Assembly: GCA_973895155.1 (NCBI GenBank)
Contig: OZ316896.1
Coordinates: 124,001 to 188,000, forward strand
DNA: 64,000 nucleotides
Source of the DNA: Marsupella aquatica
Taxonomy: Eukaryota > Plantae > Marchantiophyta
Direction: 5' to 3'
Shown here: one piece after another, positions 17,193-27,471 of the stretch
How the letters are laid out: every line of letters starts with the position of its first letter
Numbering within the stretch: position 1 is the first letter of the stretch
Translations under genes and position numbers: made by a program
The notes under the pieces: generated by a model
Seen by the model: only the letters and a program-made list of their open reading frames with translations
What the model was told of the DNA's origin: nothing
Database searches by the model: none

Positions 17193-19301
17193 CTACAGCT
17201 TTCTGCCAAACACGCGACATCGTTCGCAACGTTTCTTGCAGATATCCTCAAGCATCTTCGCTGCTGCTGTACGTTCCTGCTGCATTTGTTTTGCCCGGGA
17301 TCTCATCAATTGACGTTCTTCCTTACCGCCGTTAGAAAAGTCATCGAGCCATTCAGCTATAAGTTTCCCGAGTTGGTACATGTCCGATCCCTTGGTGTAT
17401 CTTTTCCTTTTCCTTTTCCTTTTCCTTTTGTCATTGTCTTCTTCCAACGTTTCCGCATCCCAACCCGTTAAGTCCTCACCAACCCATACTTCATTGTCGT
17501 CTCCAGCAGCTTCCAAGTCTATGATCACCCATTTCCATTCATCCAAATCATTTACTTTGATAACGTTGGGCCACCTTATGTCCCTGTGGGTGTAGCCTTT
17601 CATGTGCAAGTCCGCAAGGCCGCATAACATGTCATGCGTGGCATTTACTAAATCCTTGCAATCCTTAGGCTTTGCATATGGGTCACCAACAGGTTGTAGT
17701 CGCAATACTGTTCTAGCCTTGGATCGTCGGACGGATATAAGTTGGATCAGGTACCTGGAGCCAGCGATTTTTTCATACAGGCATTCTATCGCGGTCACCT
17801 TCTCTTTCGTCAATCCTGGGATTTCCTTCGTCACGCAGTCAGGATAGATCGTCACTGCTCCACCATAAACTCTTGCTATTGGCTTATATAATGCCAAGGG
17901 GATGTCACTATCCAGTTCTTCCTGTAGTTTCTGTAGGAGACAGTGCATCCGAATGGTGCTATGTAGGAACTTGGCTACATCGCTCAACATATTCAAGTCA
18001 TAGAGTTGTGAGATACTTTCACAAAGAATTTCCTTGCCTCGCGGATAGAGCTTCAGCCATTGAAACTGCCTTCCACCGGAGCAACCACCAATCACATAAG
18101 GGAGCTTACCATAGAACAAAGGGCTCCATGCCTTTAATTTTGAGGTGTTCTCACCTGCAGCCTCGTGCCGAAGTGCCGGGTCTGTCTTATTCTCCCATCG
18201 GAGAATGAGACAATCCCTCACAAACAGCTGAAAATCTGGTCTTAAAAGCGGTTTTAGTGGTCGCGATGCTGGAGTAGTAGTCGAGGGATTGGGTGAATCC
18301 AGTAACCAGACCAAACCTTGTAATTTTGCGTTTGCTGGAGCCTCGTCATTTAATAATGAGATGAAATCTCCAGTGAGTTTAGCCAATTCATGTGAGCTCG
18401 TGGCCTCATTGCCTGGACAATGACGCATTATCTCTCCGAACGCACTGTCGCAGAAGGTTGCCAACTCTCCCGCCACTGCGGGAATATCAAGCTCCACCAG
18501 CTCAGAAGAGCATATTTTCTTGAATTTTACAAGATTGCGAATTGGGAGCGGTACTGGTGTCTGGGACAAAAACTCCGAGAGTTCATGGGCACTTCGTGGG
18601 AGCGTCGGAGGTGGTTCCAACAGTTTCCCAAAATAGCGCTCTCTAGCTTCAATATTAGCTTTTGCCTTCTTTGAAAGTTTTGCCTTCTTTGAAAGTCGCG
18701 CTCCCTCTGCGTACACACCAATCACGAAGTGTTGAAGAGGAAGAGAAAAACAGGAAAGTCATCCAATAATCACTCGAGCAAGGAGTCTACAAATTTGGCA
18801 CGATTCCGGCAGAAATGCTTTATCGGTTAGCAAAGCAGGAAGACACAGGACACCTGTAATTGCAAAAGTGCTTTCCAAACAAATGCCAGAGCAAGGGCGA
18901 CAGCTGCTGTCCATGATACCCTTGATCACTTTTCAGCAAAGAAAACAAAGCAGCAACAGAGGGGTGCTCAAAGGAAAAAACTCAACGAAAAGACAAACCA
19001 GAACAAGAACCAGAAGATACTGACGAGAAACACATTGCTGTGAAATTCAGTTGGAATTACCATCCGTAGAGTTTCCTTTTTGAAGCCGAATTGCCAACTT
19101 AATTGCCACTATCAATCCGCCAGGTGCCACTGGGAACAGGCGCCGGATTATGTCTTCGAGCTCCATTTCCGACAACTCTAGCAACATAGGTACTCCGACC
19201 CAGTCAAGGCATAGTTTCGCAGCAACGCCTCGCAGTCGTGCTTCGTCATGAATAGTTCTCCGAAGCAGGTTCATAATATTTTCTTCTTCACCACTCGCCA
19301 T
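17193..19301 (-). CDS. Crinkler (CR/RHS)-type protein: SAM-like N-terminal header + PD-(D/E)xK-like domain + protein kinase-like domain (~584 aa, 2 coding exons)
   Basis: Exon 1 19301-19061 (ATG MASGEEE..., donor G|GTAATT) joins exon 2 18706-17193 (acceptor CGCAG|AG) in frame. Motifs: LRPDF...LRWENK, W.PLFYGKLPYVIG, HRDIRWPNVI, IIDLE, SDMYQLGKLI; basic NLS-like KRKRKRKRKR. Confidence 0.75.
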
Positions 19302-19802
19302 TGGATCTTGCAGGCTGAACAATATACTGCTTACTTCTTAAGATATATGCTATGAAACCAGGCAGAAACCAGGCAGAGACAAGACAGCCACAAACGCAAG
19401 TTATAACAAAAGAAAGCACATACAAATGACAAGCAGAAACGAAACCCTCGGGTTGACAGAAATCGTAGCAACAGAGGAAGCGACAGAGGAAAGAGCACCA
19501 CAAGGATGAAAACTACGGTACAAGGCCGTGAAACTCACCATCCACCAAACCCTGGATCACCGAAAACCCAGTCCAAATCCTGCAACCGCACGATGTAAGG
19601 CCTTTTGATCCGCAGTGTATCATGACAATCAATTAAACATGCAACGATTCACCACCTCAAAATTTCCAAACCAGACTGCTAGCGAATCCGCCTCACTTCA
19701 GTCTATGCCGAACAGACCAGTATACCGAATGCTCGGACTCTTTATGCCGACGGCCTCCTCGGTCGGCAGACAAGGAGTTATCCGTTCCCGACCAGTTGCT
19801 TG

Positions 19803-21450
19803 TGTAAACCCCCGGGCCTATATTTGAGAACCCCTATGTATATGTTTATGGTCCTTCCTTATTCCTTAACGATGTATTGGTACTTATTGGTACTTAGCCC
19901 TCTTCGGGATCGCCTTTCATGATGCAAATCTTGGTCCTTCATTCAGGCTGCTCTACCTGCGGCCAATCTGGGCCGTCCATTCAGGGCGCTCAATCCGCAG
20001 CTAATCTCTGCCCTCCATTTAAAAATGAACGGCCCAGATTGTTAGGGTTGAGGGCGTTCCTGCATCGCCATCCAACGGACAGCTGCTATTGGACGGCCCA
20101 GATTTTGTTCAATGGGCCGGTGGTTTCCTGGGCAGGCGTTAATCTAGGAGAGCAGCAGGATGTGGCCACTTCCCATTTCACTTTCTGGAAACGCCGTCAG
20201 GCTGGAAGTTTGTCATCTGTGCAGGAGCCATTTCCGTCTCGGCCGGGATGAGCGTTCTCTCGCATTCTAGTCATTCTTCTTTGTGCCTCTCATTCCGTGT
20301 TCATCGAGAGCTTGAGTAGATTCGGGTGTTTTGTCTGGGCTCAGGATGACCGGCTGCGGTGAATGTGGGTTCGGCTGTGAGTTGACAGTTGGAGCGCAAC
20401 TCAGCTTGCTTCTTTTTTTTTCTTCTTTTTTCCCTTTTTTCAATAAAACCTGCGAAACCTCGCGGGAAAGGAGGACCAAACAGGCCAGGGCAAAGCCCAC
20501 AAAACCCCAAAAGGGAAAGAAAGCCAGGTGGCCAGCACCAAAGCCAAGCGAAGACAAAGTCAAGTGAAATCATGGCCAAGCAAAAACCTGAAACTAACTT
20601 CGAGTCAGCCCCAAAGTGAGGGGGAAGACAAAAAGCCTACTTCATCTGTGTCATAGGTAAGTGACACACTGAGGTCGCAGGCAAAAGAGCCCAGGGGACC
20701 CATCCAGGCATACCCAAAGACAACCGAGCCCCAGCCAAAGGAGCAAAGCACCTACAATCAAGGCAGGAATATCCTAATCCTAAATCTTAATATATTTCTA
20801 ACCAGGGAATAGAAAGCACCTCTCAGAGGGTAATTGTAACATGCGAGCAAATAGTAGAATTTTTGCTTGCACAGACAAGTTTTCCCCTTGTATTGGGCCC
20901 CAAAATCAGGTCCGGAATCTTCCTCACTAGCATGAAGACCCCGTTTGATCATCAAAAAAGGAGAAGATAATGACATAGGAAATGAGTAAACATGAGCATG
21001 TTCTAGTCCCTTGAATGTACTGGGAGAAAACATTTGGACCAATTTTTACGAGGCAACTCAAACCACCTGTTTTTACCTCCATGTCCGATCATTCGAAATG
21101 ACATTTGCTTCAGGCCAGCGAAATCGCTAGTCCAATCACGCCAACACTTTGGGCCACTCACACAAGGTACGGGCTCCAGATATAGGCTCCCACATGTGAA
21201 AATTCCCACCCGAGGCAAAGCAAAAACGGAAAAGTATAGCGGATTAATTCCCGCATGACAAGAATCCACGTCTCATTACTGACGAGTCAAGGATGATTAA
21301 GGCCGTTTGGAACCTAATCAAGTCACTTGCGAGTAAACGGGACAATTACCGTTCGAACCACAGGCGAATGCAAGGCGAACCCTCCACTTAAACAAAGCCA
21401 GTCACCCTAAAACCTCCAGTCTTTGGAATTTATTTTTCCCCGGTCCCACA
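19803..21450. repeat. Possible solo LTR (~1.65 kb)
   Basis: Bounded by TGTAAACCCCCGGG and CCCCGGTCCCACA (TG...CA); GC-rich and non-coding. No matching 5-bp TSD (GCTTG vs TGACC). Confidence 0.35.
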
Positions 21451-21499
21451 TGACCTGCCAATTTTCCCTCGCACTGGACACTTACATCTAGATAAAAAA

Positions 21500-21610
21500 C
21501 ACTACTCAAATGGATGGTTGTACGACATAACAAATGTGTTGTACGACACCTCATTTGTGGCCGAAAACTCATTTGTGGTCGAAGACTGTTGGTGTAACAA
21601 ACAGTCTTCC
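21500..21610 (+). mobile_element. Possible CACTA transposon terminus
   Basis: CACTACTCAAAT at 21500, followed by short repeats TTGTACGACA x2 and CTCATTTGTGGYCGAA x2. The partner end was not found. Confidence 0.4.
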
Positions 21611-21744
21611 TACTTTACCTGACCTGCATGATTACATCATTTCGTCACGTTTATAGTCTTGTGTCCATGTATGTAAAACCCCACATTTTTACAGCCCAGC
21701 TTAGTACATTCCTTAATACATTCATTTGTACTTTAATTATGATT

Positions 21745-22480
21745 ATTAGATTACCCCGGCATTCGCTTCGTATCTATGTGTAGGATTACCCTAGCTTTGT
21801 ATCCATGGGTGTGGCCAATTTCTGAACATTAACCTTACTAGTACTTTATTGATCATAAGATTACCCCAGCTTGCGTTTCGTATCCTTGTGTAGGATTACC
21901 CCGGCTTTTGTATCCATGTGTATGGCACAAATCCTGAACATTAATTAATGTACATTTATTGATGGATAAGATTACCCCGGCTTTCATATCCGTCTCAGGG
22001 GTCTCACTATATGGGGACCTACCCATCACCTACGACGTTTTTAGGCCTCGGACCCCCTAAAATGTAAGAAAAAATTATTATTTTTTAACCCCTATAAAGT
22101 TGGAATATTCTTGGAATATTCCAAAAAATGGACTAAAAAGGCCCTAATGTTCTTATAAGTCTCAAAATTGAATTTAAAAGACCCTATTGTTCTTCTACAA
22201 AAATTCTTAAGTCTTCCCTTACAACCAATAAAATGACCCTATCCTTCGTCGCACGTGATATGCCATTTTTGTGGAAGTGAAACCCCCGAGGTATCCGTGT
22301 GTATGGCACAATATCCTAAGATTAACTTGTCTAGTACATTGCTTCATGATTGGATTACCCCGAGGTTCGGATGTATTCCTAACATTAACCTTAGTTGTAC
22401 ATTACTCGATTATTAGATTACCCTAGCTTGTGCATGATATACACGTATATGGCCCAATTTCCTAATATGAACCATAATAC
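21745..22480 (+). repeat. Degenerate ~110-bp tandem repeat (GATTACCCCGGC...GTATCCATGTG...AACATTAA)
   Basis: The ATTACCCYRGC core recurs at about 21750, 21786, 21860, 21895, 21971, 22354 and 22417; the array is interrupted by a MITE. Confidence 0.7.
21994..22290. mobile_element. 297-bp MITE with 15-bp TIRs and an 8-bp TSD
   Basis: Left end CTCAGGGGTCTCACT vs reverse complement of the right end CTCGGGGGTTTCACT (13/15). Flanks ATATCCGT (21986-21993) and GTATCCGT (22291-22298). Removing it restores the host repeat unit. Confidence 0.75.
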
Positions 22481-23550
22481 CGCATTACATGACCTCAACT
22501 TTTGTATCTCTTACTGACAATGGCCATTTATCATGTAAACATCGTCAATAGTGTGTGGTTTTCTCAGAATACTCTAAACCCTAAACCTTGTTCCTTTTCT
22601 TTCAACAGTGTTGTGTGGGTTTATCAGAATACTTGGCCTTTACAGATGAACAGTCACCTTTTAAGATTAAGAGTGTACCAAGGGTTAGCGCGAGGTGCAA
22701 TACAATGCCCACAACAAGAAAGATTAGGCAATTCAACCATACTACCCTGCTGTGCCTGGTTGTTCCCGAAAAAACCTTCACCCGGCCCCTACTGGAAGGT
22801 TGCCCATTCAACCTCCTTACAGTAGCAGACTAAACAGAAATCATCACAACTAATCCAAAAACGCACACTACTGGACAGTACAGTGAGTACTTCTGATTAT
22901 TATACAATAAGAGAGTGTGTGGTCAGTGATGATGTGGTTTTTCAATAGCTTCTCATCCCACTTTATAAAAACAACAGTGAGGACAGTCTGACCAGCACCG
23001 CATTTCTTCATTAATGAACATGTCTGTTTACGGTAGTCCACAAAACAAGACATTCCACTCGTAAACAAAATAAGACATTCCACTTAGAGCAGCATTGCTC
23101 TCCTACTGTTCAACTGAGTAATCACTTATCAAAGTGGCTTAAACTGTGGCTGTGTTATAGAATACCCCCATCCCATGTACCCCCCTTCACCTTCAATACT
23201 GTAATTTTGATACGTAAAGACTTTCGTGGATTTTCTCTTTGTATATTTGAGTGCATTAATTCTCCATAATGCACCCCTTTTTTTGAGGAGGGGATTATAC
23301 AAAACACCTACCTGATACTAACACAATATCTATGAATAGAACCTAATATAACTAAAGAAGGTATATTTTTGGCCAATTCCATAGCAACCACTTCTTGGAT
23401 GACCCTTTAATTTGAATTTTCTATTTCAGCGATTCACTTTTTCTTGTTTGTTACCAAAAAGTCACTCAAGTTTTTACGTACATTAATGTCCTAGTTACGG
23501 GCATTATATCCCACAATGCCCTCTAACCAGTGAGGACATTATCCTATTAA

Positions 23551-24395
23551 TACCCTTCAGAGCACATGGGCATTAATTTGCATTACCCCAGCACATGGTG
23601 GCTGTGCGTTTTGGAATACCCCATCCCTCGTACCCCCCAACCTTCAAAATACTGTAATTTGATACATACATACCCTTCGGAGCACATTGGCACTTGCATT
23701 ACCCCAACACATGGTGGCTGTGCGTTTTGGAATACCCCATCCCTCGTACCCCCCAACCTTCAAAATACTGTAATTTGATAATACATACCCTTCGGAGCAC
23801 ATTGGCACTTGCATTACCCCAGCACATGCTGGCTGTGCATTTTGGAATACCCCATCCCTCGTACCCCCCAACCTTCAAAATATTATAATTTGATAATACA
23901 TACCCTTCGGAGCACATTGGCACTTGCATTACCCCAACACATGGTGGCTGTGCGTTTTGGAATACCCCATCCCTCATACCCCCAACCTTCAATAGTGTAA
24001 TTTGATACATACATACCCTTCGGTGCACATTGACATTTGCATTACCCCAGCACATGGTGGCTGTGCATTTTGGAATACCCCATCCCTCGTACCCCCCAAC
24101 CTTCAAAATATTATAATTTGATAATACATACCCTTTGGAGCACATTGGCACTTGCATTACCCCAGCACATGCTGGCTGTGCATTTTGGAATACCCCATCC
24201 CTCGTAACCCCAACCTTCAATAGTGTAATTTGATACATACATACCCTTTGGTGCACATTGACATTTGCATTACCCCAGCACATGGTGGCTGTGCATTTTA
24301 GAATACCCCATCCCTTGTACCCCCCAACCTTCAAAATACTGTAATTTAATACATACATACCCTTCGGAGCACATTGGCATTTGCATTACCCCAGC
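23551..24395 (+). repeat. Tandem satellite, ~113-120-bp unit, ~7.3 copies
   Basis: TACCCTTCGGAGCACATTGGCACTTGCATTACCCCAGCACATGGTGGCTGTGCRTTTTGGAATACCCCATCCCTCGTACCCCCCAACCTTCAAAATACTGTAATTTGATA repeated, starting at about 23551, 23671, 23786, 23901, 24014, 24129, 24243 and 24358. Confidence 0.95.
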
Positions 24396-25145
24396 GACGC
24401 AAGATTCAGGACGCACTGCCACCAGTAAGCATAAAAAATGTAACCATTCGGAAACACGTTCGCTCGAAGACTGCATCCGACAACGACTCTAATCCATCAC
24501 TTGCTGCAATTATTGACGACATCAGTACGCCATCCAAGCGACATAAGATTCAAGACGCAGAAAGGAATTTGGAGGTGGCGAGCACAGTAAAGGACCAGAT
24601 TGAAGGCCAGTGAAAGGAATTTTCGAAGGCCAATGCTTCCCGACCAAAATTCCGACCCAACAATAATGCAGAAGGGAATTTGAAGGTGACGAGCACAGTA
24701 AGGAACCAGATTGAAGGCTGGTACAGGAATTCTAGAAGCATTGACCAAACTTTGTTTCCTTTGTATTTCTCACGAACCTAATTGAATGGTGACACTTTTG
24801 ATGCTAACGGAGTCTAATGGTTTCAACATGAATGTTATAGTTGCAAAAGACTTTAATTGGAAATGTTATGGGAGTGCGGGATTACAAGTGAGTCACCATG
24901 AATACTAGTGGTGTATGAACACTTAAAAAATAATGTTATGGGAGCCTACGGTAACCACCCGTAAGTCACCCTAATCAATACTAGCGGAGTTTAAAGGTTT
25001 TAATAATAATGTTGTGGGAGTCCAAATGTTGAAACGTCGAGACCGTGCACTGCATGTAGGAGACCATGCACCGCGCTCCCTAAATACCCTGAAATGGCCT
25101 GAAGACCGGTCTCATTGCACGCGCTGTGCAAAGAAGATATATACA

Positions 25146-25431
25146 GCTAAACCCAATCTCCCTCACTCCAAACTCCCTAAACCCCCACTACGCCACTCCC
25201 CAACCCCCTCAACCCAAACTCCCTAAACTCCAAAACGTCTCCCTCAACCCCCGACCAAACCCCCTAAACTCAAACTCGCTCTGTCAACTCCTCCCCAACC
25301 AAACTCCCTCCACCCCCAACACACAACTCCCCCAACGCAACCCACAACGCTAAACCCAATCTCCCTCACTCCAAACTCCCTAAACCCCCACTACGCCACT
25401 CCCCAACCCCCTCAACCCAAACTCCCTAAAC
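25146..25431 (+). repeat. C-rich telomere-like block with an 83-bp direct duplication
   Basis: GCTAAACCCAATCTCCCTCACTCC...CTCCCTAAAC at 25146-25228 and 25349-25431. Confidence 0.85.
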
Positions 25432-27471
25432 CCTGAACCGTAAACGGTAAACCCCGAACTGGAAATGTGAGTTGGCATTTGGAGGATGACAGGATTGTAG
25501 TTGATCCCTTGGTGTATTGGGGGCCGTGGGAGGGAGCCACGAGGAAAAACGTAACGGTAAGGGAACCCTATAATAGGTCTGGGGGTGGTGCTCTTGTTCC
25601 CCTTAGGTTTATGTCCTGTGCGGTGGGGCTCGTTTTTGCCATGTGGCTTGTTCGCCCTGCCCATGGGGTTTTTTGGGGGTGGAAAAAAGTTTTTATAAAA
25701 ATTCTACTCCAAGGAAATTGGTTGGTGATATCATTAGGTGGTGAATGTTTGGTGGAATGGAATTGCCTATGTGGGAAATGGACTAATTTGCAATCCAAAT
25801 CCCATGACAATTTTCTACACAAATTTAGAGAGACCTGTGTATAATTTGGTAAGGAGACCTGTCCACATCTAATTCTGACTTCTAAAGGAAAAAAAATGAA
25901 TGTGGAGCCTACTCATGCTGATAACGTGTTGAGTACTGCATAGAATAGTCGTCTTCATGTAGGGAAACATATATTCAGGTGGTTGTAGTAACTACCTTAG
26001 GTTAGTGGTTACACCATGATTTGGAGTAGACTTAACCCTAGGTTACCACAGCTTTTAAATATGTGGAGGAGGTCCACATTTGCAATGAGAATTATTCAGA
26101 CGGAGGTCAAAGATTAATCGGATATTGGTCATCGTGACTTATTTCCCAACCAATCAGGTCCGCCTCGCTAGCCATTTCCAGTTTTATCGTGGAATTGACA
26201 GCAAGGATTGAGGAAAACAACTGCCAGATTGGCATTCCAGTGGCAAGAACATTAAATTTAGTGGTTGATTGCTGCCTGACTGTTTTTGGATTAATTCAAA
26301 GGAAGAATGTTGTCTTTCCACCAGACATCTTCAACATCTCACCCAAGCAAATTCAAGCCAAAAAGAAGAAATAACAGATTAAGCGCAGCTACTATGGTAA
26401 CAGCAGGAGTTTTTATGATAGCAAGGTGTTGTCCTTCATTTGAATACTTACCTAATGCTCTGATTGTTATTACTTCTCTCTCAAGACCTTCTACACATGA
26501 ATCTATTTTTTTGAAGTAGGATTTTTTGAAGTGGGCATTGGCCTAGCAGAAGCAACAGACTACTCTACTATTCCACTACTCCTTGCAGAACTATGCTCCT
26601 TTCTACGTTCACGCGCACGGTCTATGAGCTTTCGGATTCAATCATGCCGTCAACGTAGCAAAGTTTTTACTGTCCACTTTCCTGCCTTGTCTGATAATCC
26701 TTCACGATAGTACTGTACAGTGCATCATTCCATTCTCGCGTCATTTGAGAATTATTCCCTTACGCCTTCCCTAACCCCAGAGTAGCTAACAAGCTTTCGA
26801 GCACGTTTCACGACCTATCTTGGGAATCTGAGAAGCTCAGACAGTTGAGATGCAGATGGAACTTCATATCGTTTTGGTCGAATCCAGACTGTCAACTCCC
26901 TTTGAAGCAGAAGAACATGGCCACTTTACTAGAATTGAATTATCTAATCTTCGACATGGATGTATTCGAAGATCTGAATACATCCATCAGTCTCGGCCAA
27001 AGGCTTCCTGCCAGTCCATGAACTCGAAGACTCATTGCTTGAAGTTTTCTGCTGGTGGAGGTCGCCATCCGCGCATTTGATCTTTATGCCCTAAACCCTA
27101 AAACTCTCCTGTCACCAATGTGAGTTCCCTTCCAGTACCATGTTCACAGCAAGGCAGCTACTCTATGCAAAGTCTTCTTTTGATCTAAGGACAATACTCA
27201 ACTAAGATGTCAAAAGAGGTTTCTACATATCAAGCCAACAGCTTGATTTCACGCACCTATAATTTCGACACTCAAAACGAAACTTGCGTGACATTTCTCT
27301 TACATGAAATGGTCTTTCAGCCAGAAGAGGACTAGGTACAACCCCCAATGCAGAATCTCAAAATTAATGTTACAGAATTGCGACACCCAAAACCTGATTG
27401 TATCTGCGCTGCCAGTGACTACTGATTTGAAGTCACTTTCCAGCCAGCCCAACACAGCTTTCAATCTGGGT

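Noticed and set aside
23551-24395. Possible CRISPR-like array, and ORF 23699..24358
   Set aside because: Whole units repeat with no unique spacers and the context is eukaryotic; the ORF is a by-product of the satellite.
26100-27100. Possible decayed coding sequence
   Set aside because: All frames are interrupted and no family was recognisable.
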